A stretch of 64,000 nt of DNA from Chloroflexota bacterium (GCA_013112715.1 JABFGB010000005.1:192009-256008), one strand, 5' to 3'. Counted from the stretch's first letter, positions 28,423-39,783 are shown. Numbers and translations are program-made. Notes: a model not told the origin generated them from the letters alone.

Positions 28423-28982
28423 TCTTTGTCAGACCGCTGCCGTTCCCGAAAATGCGCCACATTGTAGCGATTGGCACAGCGTTCTCCACAAAATCGGCGC
28501 GATTTATTTTTGGATACGTCTATAAACACCTCTTGGCAAGGCGCCGCGGCACAAACCTTCAATCGTTCCGTGCCATACTGCTGCAAGGCCAACGTCAGTC
28601 CTAGCCCTGTCTGAACCGCTAGTCGTTCCACCAAAGCCACAGTCGTCGGTATCTCGTATTTTACTTCTATCAGTTCACCCTTGCTTATGCTGGCCTGCAA
28701 ATTTACCGGGGTTGCCCCCAATAGACTATTAATCTCCCTTTGAACTTCAACAGGTTCACTGATCTCCAACCGCAGAAAAATATCACGCAATCGGTTACGC
28801 AACTGGCGAACCCTCATAAACTCTATTTCGGTGAATGACCCACTCATTTCGATATGGCGCTGCTGCAAAAATTCCTGCAAATCGGCGGGTGTGCGCAAAG
28901 ATTCCGGTTCATCCAAAAACGGATCAAAGGTGTTGGCAAAATCTACCACAAATTGAATAAGATGTACTTCGTAATGACTCAA
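28419..28982 (-). CDS. CGNR zinc-finger domain protein (putative regulator)
   Basis: C-terminal CAAAPCQEVFIDVSKNKSRRFCGERCANRYNVAHFRER matches the CGNR zinc-finger pattern. Stop overlaps the convergent PPC gene stop. Confidence 0.75.
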   Translation of the reverse strand: MSHYEVHLIQFVVDFANTFDPFLDEPESLRTPADLQEFLQQRHIEMSGSFTEIEFMRVRQLRNRLRDIFLRLEISEPVEVQREINSLLGATPVNLQASISKGELIEVKYEIPTTVALVERLAVQTGLGLTLALQQYGTERLKVCAAAPCQEVFIDVSKNKSRRFCGERCANRYNVAHFRERQRSDKD

Positions 28983-28988
28983 CTCGAT

Positions 28989-29017
28989 TTGACTCCTTAC
29001 AAACTCCGTGATATTAT
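28989..29017 (+). promoter_or_regulatory. Sigma-70-like promoter for the MFS gene (TTGACT-17-TGaTATTAT)
   Basis: TTGACT 28989-28994, 17-nt spacer, TG 29009-29010, TATTAT 29012-29017. Confidence 0.5.
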
Positions 29018-29069
29018 ACCGTAAGCACCGTAAACTATTTTGCCACTTACATCATACAGGAGTCAAGGG

Positions 29070-30302
29070 ATGGAAAACATTGCCCGTTCATTAAGTTCGC
29101 CCCGGAACAATTTTTGGATACTGTGGGGTTCCACCACCGCCTCCAATTTGGCCGATGGCCTGTTTAAAATCTCCCTGCCGATTCTAGCCGCCGCCCTGAC
29201 CCAATCCCCCGGATTGGTAGCAGGTGTCACGTTCGCAATAACACTTCCGTGGCCTGTATTGGCATTGCACGCCGGAGTTTTGGCAGACCGTTATGATCGT
29301 CGTTTTATGATGGTCACGGCCAATCTATTACGGGTCGTCATACTTTCCACCATTGTATTATTTGCCGCTACCGACCTCGTTTCGATTTGGATGTTATATG
29401 GCTGTGCCCTGCTGCTTGGAGTTGCCGAAACCTTTGCCGACACTGCGGCGATGGCCCTTATTCCAGCGGTAGTACAGTCCAGTTCGCTCGAAAAAGCTAA
29501 TGCACGGTTGGTCGCCACCCAAACGCTCACCAATGAATTTATTGGCCCTGCGCTGGGTGGGCTGCTCACCACCATCGGCGTCGCATTAACGCTCGGTCTC
29601 AGCAGCGGCCTATATGCCCTCGCTATGTTCTTTTTACTCAATTTGGTCGGCATTTTTCGGTCAGAGCGCGTACACTCTAACTCGATCTCAGTCGATCTCA
29701 AGGAAGGACTACGCTATTTAGCCAAACAACGCCTCCTCCGAACCCTGACACTCATCGTGGGGGTAATGGCAGGCTGCTGGAGCGCGTGGCTGGCGATTCT
29801 GGTTGTCTATGTAGTGGAGCCGGGGCCAGTCGGATTAGACAAATGGGGCTATGGTTTATTATTAGCAGGTATCGGCACAGGTGGATTCATCGGCACATTG
29901 ATTGTCAACCCGATTACCAACTGGCTGGGTAGGCGATGGGCGATTGGCATGGACATTCTCGGCACCTTCACCATGATGGCAATTCCCGCAATCACCACCA
30001 ACCCCATCCTCATCGGCATTGCAGCCATTATCGGTGGCATGGGTGGAACGATGTGGTCAGTCGTCGTGGCAACCCTGCGGCAAAAAATCGTACCCGATCA
30101 TTTATTGGGGCGGGTCAGTGGTGCCATGCGTTTAGTTGGTTGGGGAACGTTGCCTATCGGAGCAGCATTTGCGGGTATCATTGCCCAAACCGCAGGCGTT
30201 CGCATGGTGTTTGCCTTATGTGCTGCGATAACCTGCCTGTTGTTTATTCCGTTTTTCCGCATTATAACAGATGAGGTAATCTCAACTTCGCTCCGTGAAT
30301 AA
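29070..30302 (+). CDS. MFS transporter
   Basis: 12 predicted TM segments. GVLADRYDRR loop motif between TM2 and TM3. ATG at 29070 is preceded by aggag. Confidence 0.8.
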   Translation: MENIARSLSSPRNNFWILWGSTTASNLADGLFKISLPILAAALTQSPGLVAGVTFAITLPWPVLALHAGVLADRYDRRFMMVTANLLRVVILSTIVLFAATDLVSIWMLYGCALLLGVAETFADTAAMALIPAVVQSSSLEKANARLVATQTLTNEFIGPALGGLLTTIGVALTLGLSSGLYALAMFFLLNLVGIFRSERVHSNSISVDLKEGLRYLAKQRLLRTLTLIVGVMAGCWSAWLAILVVYVVEPGPVGLDKWGYGLLLAGIGTGGFIGTLIVNPITNWLGRRWAIGMDILGTFTMMAIPAITTNPILIGIAAIIGGMGGTMWSVVVATLRQKIVPDHLLGRVSGAMRLVGWGTLPIGAAFAGIIAQTAGVRMVFALCAAITCLLFIPFFRIITDEVISTSLRE

Positions 30303-31062
30303 GCGTAATTTCAACAGTGCAACACAGAACAGATTGGAGTCCAATGTGTCCAAGTGGGCTTTATGTTGGCAGGGGTATCGGGCAACCATGCCATTGATGG
30401 TCGGGGTCGCGCCGTTTGGATTAGTATTTGGCGCAATAGCCATTGGAAACGACATGAGCATCGTTGAAGCAGTGGGGATGTCCATCATCGTACTGGCCGG
30501 ATCATCGCAGTTCATCGGCGCACAACTCATTGGCGACGATACTCCGGCTCTCATTATTATATTGACGACTTTTGTGGTCAACCTGCGCCATTTTTTGTAC
30601 AGTGCCTCCCTCACCTCATTTATCCGCCCTCTGAGCAAAGGTTGGAAAGGCTTGCTGGCCTACATGATGGTGGATGAAGTGTACGCCATCGTCATCACCC
30701 GCCATCTCAAACGCGATCTCACCCCATTGGAGCTTGCTTGGTTTTTCACAGGCAGCGGCATTTGTCTGATCAGCCTATGGTGGGTCAGTACATTGGCAGG
30801 GGCCTTAATCGGCGATGTTTTGCCTGATGACGCCGTAGATGCGCTAAGTTTTACGCTTCCTCTAATTTTCACGGCGATTGTCGTCCCCGCCCTCAAAACC
30901 CGGCCCATGCTGCTTTCGGCTGTCAGTGCCGCCGTTACCGGGATTATTTGCGCCCCCATGCCCAACAAATTAGGTTTGTTAATTGCTGCCGCTGTGGGGA
31001 TTGCCGCTGGGCTGTGGAGTGAATCCCAAGCCACCTCTAGCCAATCGCAGGAGGTCGCATGA
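30295..31062 (+). CDS. azlC: AzlC-family branched-chain amino acid exporter subunit
   Basis: Polytopic membrane protein with the AzlC-like start ...PLMVGVAPFGLVFG. Followed by an overlapping ~100-aa AzlD-size gene. Confidence 0.6.
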   Translation: MNKRNFNSATQNRLESNVSKWALCWQGYRATMPLMVGVAPFGLVFGAIAIGNDMSIVEAVGMSIIVLAGSSQFIGAQLIGDDTPALIIILTTFVVNLRHFLYSASLTSFIRPLSKGWKGLLAYMMVDEVYAIVITRHLKRDLTPLELAWFFTGSGICLISLWWVSTLAGALIGDVLPDDAVDALSFTLPLIFTAIVVPALKTRPMLLSAVSAAVTGIICAPMPNKLGLLIAAAVGIAAGLWSESQATSSQSQEVA

Positions 31063-31358
31063 TCTGGTTAACGATTTTGGGCATGGGCCTTGTCACCTAT
31101 GGGGTGCGCGTGCTGCCCTTCACCTTTTTACGTGAAGAGATGCTGCCCAATTGGGTGCGACGCGGGTTAAATTATGTACCCGTCGCGGTGCTTTCCGCGA
31201 TTATCGCCCCGGAATATTTGCCGTCCAACGAATGGGGGCATATCACGCTAGATGCCCATTTAGTGGCGGGGATCGCGGCAATTCTGGTAGCATGGTTCAG
31301 CAAAAATACGATCCTCACCATTGTGGTTGGCATGGCTAGCCTGTTGATCTTAGGCTAA
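31059..31358 (+). CDS. azlD: AzlD-family small membrane protein
   Basis: 99 aa with 3-4 TM segments. 4-nt overlap with the azlC-like gene. Confidence 0.6.
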   Translation: MIWLTILGMGLVTYGVRVLPFTFLREEMLPNWVRRGLNYVPVAVLSAIIAPEYLPSNEWGHITLDAHLVAGIAAILVAWFSKNTILTIVVGMASLLILG

Positions 31359-31399
31359 TCGTGGGTCAAGCGTTGACTGAGGGTACAAGGACTCGTCGT

Positions 31400-31427
31400 T
31401 TATCAGCCTCCTTACCTCTGCTATAAT
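31400..31427 (+). promoter_or_regulatory. Sigma-70-like promoter (TTATCA-16-TATAAT) upstream of moxR
   Basis: TTATCA 31400-31405, TATAAT 31422-31427. The -10 box overlaps the ORF-track ATG at 31426, which argues for the ATG at 31468 as the true start. Confidence 0.45.
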
Positions 31428-31467
31428 GGCGCGGCGGCCTGATACCATAGAAAGTGGAAAGCACAGC

Positions 31468-32430
31468 ATGAATATTGTTCAATCGGTTGCTGAACGCCTT
31501 ATTGATAATGTCGCACGAGTCATCATCGGTAAACGTAACGAAATCCGCATGACGGTCTTGGGCTTGTTGTGTCAGGGCCATGTCTTGCTGGAAGACGTAC
31601 CCGGTGTCGGCAAAACCATGATGGCAAAAGCATTGGCAAGATCCATCGGCGCAACCTTCAGTCGTATCCAATTCACTCCTGACATGCTGCCATCCGACGT
31701 GACCGGGGTCTCGATTTTTAATCAAGGCACTCGTGAGTTTGAATTCCGCCCCGGCCCAATCATGGCTCAAATTGTGCTGACCGATGAAATCAACCGTGCC
31801 ACTCCCAAGACCCAAGCCGCCCTATTGGAAACAATGGAAGAAAAACAAGTCACAGTGGATGGCACAACCTATCCGCTTGAAGAACCGTTTTTGGTGCTGG
31901 CAACACAAAACCCTATCGAATATGAAGGCACATTCCCACTGCCCGAAGCCCAATTGGATCGTTTTATGATTCGTATCCGCTTGGGCTATCCCACTCCTCA
32001 AGAGGAAATCGCCATGTTAGATTCGCAGCAATATCAGCATCCATTGGCGGAACTACGGCAGGTGGTTTCGGTTGATGAATTGTTACGAGCACAACGGGCT
32101 GTGCGGGACACCTATCTGAACTACGATGTCAAAGCCTATATTGTGGAACTCGTCACCGCTACCCGCCGCCACCCCGATGTCTATCTGGGGTCGAGTCCAC
32201 GTGGGGCACTGGCTCTCTATCGTCTGGCCCAAGCCAACGCCGCCCTACAGGGACGTGAATTTGTGCTGCCGGATGATGTGAAATTGTTAGCCGAGGCGGT
32301 TTTGGCCCATCGCATTATTCTTGGCCCAACCGCACGTATCAAGGATATTTCGTCGGGGAGCATCGTCCAATACATCGTAAACACGACCCCCATTCCCGGC
32401 GTGACCGTTGGACAGCGGTATTCACAGTAA
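31468..32430 (+). CDS. MoxR-family AAA+ ATPase
   Basis: Walker [15 protein letters not shown], Walker B/sensor [18 protein letters not shown]. Length ~320 aa. Confidence 0.9.
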   Translation: MNIVQSVAERLIDNVARVIIGKRNEIRMTVLGLLCQGHVLLEDVPGVGKTMMAKALARSIGATFSRIQFTPDMLPSDVTGVSIFNQGTREFEFRPGPIMAQIVLTDEINRATPKTQAALLETMEEKQVTVDGTTYPLEEPFLVLATQNPIEYEGTFPLPEAQLDRFMIRIRLGYPTPQEEIAMLDSQQYQHPLAELRQVVSVDELLRAQRAVRDTYLNYDVKAYIVELVTATRRHPDVYLGSSPRGALALYRLAQANAALQGREFVLPDDVKLLAEAVLAHRIILGPTARIKDISSGSIVQYIVNTTPIPGVTVGQRYSQ

Positions 32431-32436
32431 AGTGTT

Positions 32437-33732
32437 ATGGCACAACGACGCCTTGCCATCTATGTCATTCTAATATTGGCGCTGGTCGGCGGATTCCTCA
32501 GCGGGCGAGCGTTTTTTTATAACATCACCTGCGTTTTTGGGGGCATCCTCATCGCCTCATTGGTCTTTTCGTGGGCTTCGATCAATTGGCTCAATATTGG
32601 TCGGCATACCCTTGTCCGTCGCGCACAGGTCGGGCAATATTTTGAGGAAAATTTCGCCGTCCGCAACAAAAGCATCATCCCCAAGCTCTGGCTAGAAATC
32701 CGCGACCACTCCGATTTACCCGGCCATAACAGCAGCCAAGTCGTCCCATTTATGACCCCCAGCAGCACCTATCGTTGGAAGGTCGGGACATTATGCGTGC
32801 GACGGGGTCAATTTACACTTGGCCCGATGACCGTCACCAGTGGCGACCCCTTTGGCTTTTACATCTTTCCACGTCACATCGGCGCGACCTCTAGCATCAT
32901 CGTCTATCCCATCACCGTACCGATTTATGATTTCGCCACACCTACTGGGGCACTATCTGGTGGTCAGGCCATTCGCCGCCGCACCTTTGAAATCACCCCT
33001 AACGCCGCTGGTATCCGTGAATACGCCCCCGGCGACAGCCTGAATCGGATTCATTGGAAAAGCACCGCCCGTCGTGGCAAACTGCTGGTTAAGGAATTTG
33101 AAGAAGACCCCCTCGGCGATGTGTGGATTATTTTGGACCTCTCGAAAGCCTCGCTGGTCGAACGCCCGTCCGTAGCGACATGGGGGGCATCCGATTTAGC
33201 CTACAGCCGCGGCATTCCACTGCCTCCCTCCACCGAAGAATATGCCATCGCCGCCGCTGGTTCGATTGCCCAGTTTTTTGTGGAGAAGGGACGCTCGGTG
33301 GGCTTCCTAAGTTACACCCCCCATCGAGATTATGTCGCGCCGGATCGGGGAGATCGCCAACTCACCGATATTTTAGAGGTTCTGGCGGTTGCCAAGAGCG
33401 AAACCCAATTGACCCTCCTGCAACTGCTTTCGATGGAAGCCCAACATCTCACACGCGGCACAACCCTTGTCCTGATAACCGCTTCATTGGATACCTCGTG
33501 GGCAGCATTGGCTCATGTACAGGTGCGGCGTGGGCTGTCGGTTATTGCGGTGATGATAGACCCAACCAGTTTTGGGGTCTATGGTCCAAATTTTGAAGGG
33601 GCACGCCAGCAGGTCGAGGCCGCCGGGGTGACGGTTTACCCGCTCCGCCAAGAGGATGACCTGACCGCGACCCTAAGTTATCGCCCCGGCACGAATGGAA
33701 AATCATATGCAAATACAAAATTTCATTCGTGA
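32437..33732 (+). CDS. DUF58 (vWA-like) protein, MoxR partner, two N-terminal TM helices
   Basis: YAPGDSLNRIHWKSTARRGKLLVKEFE signature. Lies 6 nt after moxR. Confidence 0.85.
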   Translation: MAQRRLAIYVILILALVGGFLSGRAFFYNITCVFGGILIASLVFSWASINWLNIGRHTLVRRAQVGQYFEENFAVRNKSIIPKLWLEIRDHSDLPGHNSSQVVPFMTPSSTYRWKVGTLCVRRGQFTLGPMTVTSGDPFGFYIFPRHIGATSSIIVYPITVPIYDFATPTGALSGGQAIRRRTFEITPNAAGIREYAPGDSLNRIHWKSTARRGKLLVKEFEEDPLGDVWIILDLSKASLVERPSVATWGASDLAYSRGIPLPPSTEEYAIAAAGSIAQFFVEKGRSVGFLSYTPHRDYVAPDRGDRQLTDILEVLAVAKSETQLTLLQLLSMEAQHLTRGTTLVLITASLDTSWAALAHVQVRRGLSVIAVMIDPTSFGVYGPNFEGARQQVEAAGVTVYPLRQEDDLTATLSYRPGTNGKSYANTKFHS

Positions 33733-35314
33733 TACTCATGCTTATCAAGATGTAATTCCAAAATGGCATCCCCATTATCTTTATTTCACCGTCTTTGCCA
33801 GCGGCATGACGACTCTTGCTATCGAACTATCCGCCTCCCGTTTGTTGGGGAATATCTATGGGACAAGCAATCTGGTTTGGGCCAATATCATCGGTTTAAT
33901 GCTGGTCTACCTGACCGTCGGCTATTTTCTCGGTGGACGTTGGGCAGACCGTTCCCCTAAGTATTCGACCTTCTACCGCATTATCATCTGGGGGGCTTTT
34001 CTCAGCGGCATTGTACCTTTAGTGGCTCGGCCAGTCCTACGCGGGGCCGCCGAAGCGGTTAATGATTTGGATGCAGGTTTGGCGATTGGCTCATTCGTGG
34101 GTGTGTTGATTTTGTTTTCCATCCCGGTCACGCTGCTGGGTTGTGTCTCCCCGTTTGCCATCCGCCTCGCTATCAAAGAAGCGCATGACGCGGGCAAAAC
34201 CAGTGGCACCTTGTACGCGGTCAGCACGCTAGGCAGCATTTTGGGAACGTTCGCCCCCGTTTTATTGCTCATTCCGCATCTGGGCACTGCCAAAACCTTT
34301 CTGACATTCTCAGGTGTTTTGCTGGCAATAGGGTTTTTGGGGTTATTTCTGACGGAGGGCAAAAAGGTACTGCGTCTTTTTTGGATGCCTCCCGGTCTAA
34401 TTCTGCTCGCAACGTTCGTTCTTAGTGGCCCCACTCGACCCGCCCCTGATGGGATGAAACTGTTGTATGAACGCGACTCCGCCTATAACCTCATCCAAAT
34501 TGTCGAAGACGGTGATGGCACACGCTATCTGTTGTTGAATGAAGGGCAAGGCTATCATTCCCAATGGAATCCGAATGTACAATTTTATCGCCGCACATGG
34601 GATTATTTCTTAGCTGCGCCCTATTTCAATAATGCGCCATTCACTACCGCCGATGTACAAAATATCTGCATCATCGGTTTAGCAGGCGGCACAATTGCCC
34701 ATCAATATACCGATGCCTATGGCTCTATTCCGATTGACGGCATCGAAATTGACCCAACCATTATTGAAGCCAGCCGCCAATATCTTGACCTCACCATGCC
34801 AAACTTGCATGTGATTATTGGGGATGGACGCTATGAACTCAATCGCCTCGATAAAAAATATATGGTGGTCGGGATAGATGCCTACCGCGTCCCCTATGTT
34901 CCGTGGCACCTGACCACACAGGAATTTTTTGAGGAAGTCCGTGACCATCTTACTGAAAACGGCGTGGTGGTCATTAATGTTGGGCGGACGGACACGGATC
35001 GGCGTTTGGTCGAGGCTATGACCCAAACCATGCTGCAAGTGTTCCCTACCGTGCATACGATGGATGTGCCGGATTCCTTCAATACCATTTTGGTTGCCAC
35101 CCGCCAGCCCACTGTCGCGGAAAATTTGGCGCGGAATATGGCACTGCTTGACCAAAGCCAATATCCTCTCGTCTTCCAAACCCTAACCCTCGCATTTCAG
35201 ACCCTTGTTCCAACCCAAGCATCCAATCTCGTTTTTACCGATGACCACGCGCCTGTCGAGACCATTATTGACGACATGGTGATTGACTATCTATTAGAAG
35301 GAAACACGCCCTAA
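33695..35314 (+). CDS. Membrane-fused spermidine-synthase-like protein
   Basis: About 7 N-terminal TM segments. C-terminal class I methyltransferase/aminopropyltransferase fold (IIGLAGGTIAHQY, IDGIEIDPTIIE, VVGIDAY). Alternative ATG at 33707. Overlaps the DUF58 stop. Confidence 0.7.
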   Translation: MENHMQIQNFIRDTHAYQDVIPKWHPHYLYFTVFASGMTTLAIELSASRLLGNIYGTSNLVWANIIGLMLVYLTVGYFLGGRWADRSPKYSTFYRIIIWGAFLSGIVPLVARPVLRGAAEAVNDLDAGLAIGSFVGVLILFSIPVTLLGCVSPFAIRLAIKEAHDAGKTSGTLYAVSTLGSILGTFAPVLLLIPHLGTAKTFLTFSGVLLAIGFLGLFLTEGKKVLRLFWMPPGLILLATFVLSGPTRPAPDGMKLLYERDSAYNLIQIVEDGDGTRYLLLNEGQGYHSQWNPNVQFYRRTWDYFLAAPYFNNAPFTTADVQNICIIGLAGGTIAHQYTDAYGSIPIDGIEIDPTIIEASRQYLDLTMPNLHVIIGDGRYELNRLDKKYMVVGIDAYRVPYVPWHLTTQEFFEEVRDHLTENGVVVINVGRTDTDRRLVEAMTQTMLQVFPTVHTMDVPDSFNTILVATRQPTVAENLARNMALLDQSQYPLVFQTLTLAFQTLVPTQASNLVFTDDHAPVETIIDDMVIDYLLEGNTP

Positions 35315-36045
35315 TGTCTGATTCACAGGCAGTCTCGGTGGATGAAATCATCCCATCATCTAAACCGAATATTTGGCACAAGCTGGCAATTATCCCCCAA
35401 CTCGTCATCAGCGTGACCCTGCCGTTTATTTTGGTCTTAGGCAGTGTGCGGTTGGTCATGACCCCGGCATTTTTGCAACTGGAATATCGCCGCCCCGGTT
35501 TCCCCGAAGATTCCTTTGGTTTTTCTACCGAAGATCGTTTGAAATATGGCCCATATGGGGTACGCTACCTTACAAACGACGCCGACATCAGCTATCTAGG
35601 CAATTTAGAAATTGAAGGCAAATCAGCCTTTAAAGCCGATGAATTGCAGCATATGGAGGATGTCAAAGTCGTGACCCGTGCCGCCTTCCAAGTGCTGTTA
35701 CTGGCTGCCGCGATATTTACGATGAGTGCCATTTTATTGATACGCCAACCTGCTACGCGATTTCACATTCTGCGCGGAATTCAACAGGGGGGCGGCTTAA
35801 CCATCGTGCTCATTTTGATTTTGACGGCGCTTGTGTTCATTAATTGGGATTTTTTCTTTGATACGTTCCACGAAGTCCTTTTTGAAGCCGGGACATGGCA
35901 GTTCTATCGCAGCGACACTCTCATCCGCCTCTACCCTGAGCAATTCTGGTTTGACGTCTCGCTGGTCATTGGTGGGTTAACGATAGGAGCATCACTCTTG
36001 TGTATAGTGATTCCTCGCTGGTGGAAAAGTCGCGCCGAGCAATAA
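35314..36045 (+). CDS. Integral membrane protein, TIGR01906/DUF1461-like (tentative)
   Basis: TAATG stop/start overlap with the upstream gene. 4 TM segments with a large first loop containing ELQHMEDVK. Family assignment is from memory only. Confidence 0.4.
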   Translation: MSDSQAVSVDEIIPSSKPNIWHKLAIIPQLVISVTLPFILVLGSVRLVMTPAFLQLEYRRPGFPEDSFGFSTEDRLKYGPYGVRYLTNDADISYLGNLEIEGKSAFKADELQHMEDVKVVTRAAFQVLLLAAAIFTMSAILLIRQPATRFHILRGIQQGGGLTIVLILILTALVFINWDFFFDTFHEVLFEAGTWQFYRSDTLIRLYPEQFWFDVSLVIGGLTIGASLLCIVIPRWWKSRAEQ

Positions 36046-36069
36046 TTTTTTACTAAGGGAGTCTGCCCC

Positions 36070-37392
36070 ATGCGCGGCCTTCAAAAATGGATGCGGCCCG
36101 GTCTCTATATCAAGCGTTGGTTGCTGCTGATGCTGGTAGCATTGACGGTTTTTAGCCTCGCCTTCGCCCAACTCCTTCTCATTATATATAGGAACGAAGG
36201 CCGACCCGATTGGTTTACCAGTGCCACCCTCGGTTTTTTGACGCCGGGTCTGCGGGGGGCAATTTTGCTTGCTGTAGGGTGCTTCTTTTTTGCGGTCGCT
36301 TTGCGTGGGCTGAATCGCTCTCTTTTTGGCCCCGTTCTCTCACCCTACAGCCTAAGCCAATGGGCGGATATTGTGCAATCGCGTCAGCAGTTACGGCAGG
36401 GACTGCGGGTGGTCGCGCTTGGCGGAGGTACTGGCTTACCAAGCGCCCTACGTGCTATGAAAACCGAAACCAGCAATATCACAGCCGTTGTCACTATGTC
36501 CGACGATGGCGGCAGTTCGGGCCGATTGCGCCGCGATTTAGGTGTCCAACCCCCCGGCGATTTACGGAATAATTTAACCGCATTGGCCCGCGACGAGGCC
36601 TTAATGACCCAGCTTTTTAATTATCGTTTTGAAATGGGCGAATTGGCGGGTCACAGCTTTGGCAACCTGTTCCTTGCTGCGTTGGTTGGCATTAAGGGCA
36701 GCATGGATGAGGCGGTGTTGGCAGCAGGTCGGGTCTTGGATATTCAGGGCCGTGTTCTCCCTTGCACCTTAACCCATGTCACGCTTGTCGCCAAAACCCG
36801 CCATCGGGAAACGGGCGAATTGGAACAAATCAAAGGTGAGTCTCTCATACCCCGTCGGGAGGCGGTTATCGAACGGGTGTCACTTGAACCCCAATGGGCC
36901 AGAGCCATGCCAGAAGTCATGCGTGCCTTACTAGCCGCTGATCTCATCATCATTGGGCCGGGCAGCCTCTACACCAGCATCCTGCCGAACCTGCTGGTCA
37001 ACGGCGTCACCGAAGCCATCCGCGCCAGCAATGCTCTCAAAGTCTATGTGTGCAATATCGCTACCCAGCCGGGAGAAACCGAGCATTATTCAGTCACCGA
37101 TCATGTGGTGGCCCTTGAACAACACATTGGCGAACACCTCTTTGATGTGATCATTGCCAATAATCATTTCCCAACTGAAAATGCTGGCCCCAATACCGTC
37201 TATGTTCGACCTGCCCCGTCCAATCATCCCATCAATCAGAGGTATTATCTGGCCTATGCCGATTTGACTGATGACGAGCGCCCTTGGCGGCACAGTCCCG
37301 AAAAATTACGCGCTGTCCTTTTAAGTTTGCCCCCCACGTCTCAGCGAATTGCACAATCTGAAGGGGAGGGCAAAGTTGCGAGTCTAGGATAA
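36070..37392 (+). CDS. yvcK: YvcK/CofD-like gluconeogenesis-factor family protein with N-terminal TM anchor
   Basis: VVALGGGTGLPSALRAMK, TMSDDGGSSGRLRRD, PPGDLRN. Two N-terminal TM helices. Confidence 0.85.
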   Translation: MRGLQKWMRPGLYIKRWLLLMLVALTVFSLAFAQLLLIIYRNEGRPDWFTSATLGFLTPGLRGAILLAVGCFFFAVALRGLNRSLFGPVLSPYSLSQWADIVQSRQQLRQGLRVVALGGGTGLPSALRAMKTETSNITAVVTMSDDGGSSGRLRRDLGVQPPGDLRNNLTALARDEALMTQLFNYRFEMGELAGHSFGNLFLAALVGIKGSMDEAVLAAGRVLDIQGRVLPCTLTHVTLVAKTRHRETGELEQIKGESLIPRREAVIERVSLEPQWARAMPEVMRALLAADLIIIGPGSLYTSILPNLLVNGVTEAIRASNALKVYVCNIATQPGETEHYSVTDHVVALEQHIGEHLFDVIIANNHFPTENAGPNTVYVRPAPSNHPINQRYYLAYADLTDDERPWRHSPEKLRAVLLSLPPTSQRIAQSEGEGKVASLG

Positions 37393-37430
37393 AATCATTG
37401 GGCCGATGCAAAAATGATCGGCACGCCTAG

Positions 37431-38462
<1,032 letters not shown>

Positions 38463-38522
38463 TTGCGTATTCGGATGGGTCAAAAGCCCATCCCTGCGAG
38501 AATTTCTAAACTTTCTACGTAG

Positions 38523-38545
38523 GGGCGGGTCAACCCGCCTTTTTT
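38523..38545 (+). terminator. Rho-independent terminator between gap and pgk
   Basis: ggcggg (38524-38529), loop tcaa, cccgcc (38534-38539), then T6 (38540-38545). Confidence 0.7.
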
Positions 38546-38569
38546 GTTGACTGCAATGGAGTGCAGACC

Positions 38570-39757
38570 ATGAACAAAAAAACGATTCGTGATATTGATC
38601 TCAAAGGCAAACGGGTATTGGTACGGGTAGACTTTAACGTCCCCCTCGAAGGCAGCACCGTCACCGACGATACTCGTGTCCGGGAATCTGTTCCCACCCT
38701 CAAATACATCCTTGACCAGAAACCCAAAGCCGTCATCTTGATGTCGCATTTGGGCCGTCCAAAGGGTGGGCCAGACCCGAAATATTCACTGAAGCCAGTA
38801 GTGCCCGTCTTGCAAAAATACATCACCGCCCCGATTGCTTTTGCGGAAGATTGCATTGGCCCGGTTGCTGAAAAAGCCGTTGCCGGATTGCCTGCGGGGG
38901 GTGTGCTGCTGCTAGAAAACACTCGTTTTTACCCCGGTGAGGAGAAAAACGACATGGACATCGCCAAGCAACTTGCGGCGCTTGGGGACGTATATGTAAA
39001 TGATGCGTTTGGTTCGGCCCATCGTGCCCACTCTAGCACCGAAGGCGTGGCCCAATTGCTGCCAGCTGTCGCGGGTTTCTTGATGGAAAAGGAACTCGAC
39101 TTCTTGGTAAACGCAATCGAAAAACCCGAACGTCCTTTTGTGGCGATTTTGGGTGGTGCAAAGGTCTCTGGCAAGATTCAGGTGATCGAAGCGCTGTTGA
39201 GCAAGGTGGACAAGTTGCTGATTGGTGGCGGGATGGCAAATACCTTCTTCAAAGCCAAAGGTTGGAATGTCGGGGATTCGCTGGTTGAAGATGACGCCCT
39301 CGATCTGGCCCGCAGTTTGATGGAAAAGGCAGGCGACAAGTTGGTACTGCCACGTGAAGTGGTCATCGCTGATGCTTTCAGCAATGACGCCAAATCGGTT
39401 TCGATTCCAGCGGGTGAAGATGTACCAGCGGGTTGGCGTATTATGGACATCGGCCCCGGCGCGATTAAGGCGTATGAGGCCGAACTCGCCAAAGCAAAGA
39501 CTGTTGTCTGGAATGGGCCAATGGGCGTTTTTGAAATGTCGAATTTTGCCAAAGGCACGGTTGAACTCGCCAAGATTTTGGCAACGCTGACAGCCAAAGG
39601 CACGAAGACGATCATTGGCGGGGGGGACTCCGCCGCCGCCGTAAACGATGCTGGCGTTGCCGACAAGATGACCCATATCAGTACGGGTGGTGGTGCCAGC
39701 CTTGAACTATTGGAAGGTAAAGCCCTACCGGGTGTCGTGGCATTGAATGATCGTTAA
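38570..39757 (+). CDS. pgk: Phosphoglycerate kinase
   Basis: [29 protein letters not shown] at 38570 with ggag 8 nt upstream. The ORF track starts at GTG 38561. Confidence 0.95.
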   Translation: MNKKTIRDIDLKGKRVLVRVDFNVPLEGSTVTDDTRVRESVPTLKYILDQKPKAVILMSHLGRPKGGPDPKYSLKPVVPVLQKYITAPIAFAEDCIGPVAEKAVAGLPAGGVLLLENTRFYPGEEKNDMDIAKQLAALGDVYVNDAFGSAHRAHSSTEGVAQLLPAVAGFLMEKELDFLVNAIEKPERPFVAILGGAKVSGKIQVIEALLSKVDKLLIGGGMANTFFKAKGWNVGDSLVEDDALDLARSLMEKAGDKLVLPREVVIADAFSNDAKSVSIPAGEDVPAGWRIMDIGPGAIKAYEAELAKAKTVVWNGPMGVFEMSNFAKGTVELAKILATLTAKGTKTIIGGGDSAAAVNDAGVADKMTHISTGGGASLELLEGKALPGVVALNDR

Positions 39758-39783
39758 TTTTACAAACCGATAACCCCATATGG

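Noticed and set aside
31366-31815. 149-aa minus-strand ORF spanning the moxR promoter and 5' region
   Set aside because: It overlaps the strongly supported MoxR CDS and a TATAAT promoter. It has no RBS or motif support.
38912-39676. 254-aa ORF antisense to pgk, plus nested antisense ORFs at 38929..39174, 39033..39239 and 39178..39666
   Set aside because: It lies entirely inside the well-supported pgk CDS on the opposite strand. The translation is low-complexity with no motifs. Long open antisense frames like this are typical in moderately GC-rich genes.
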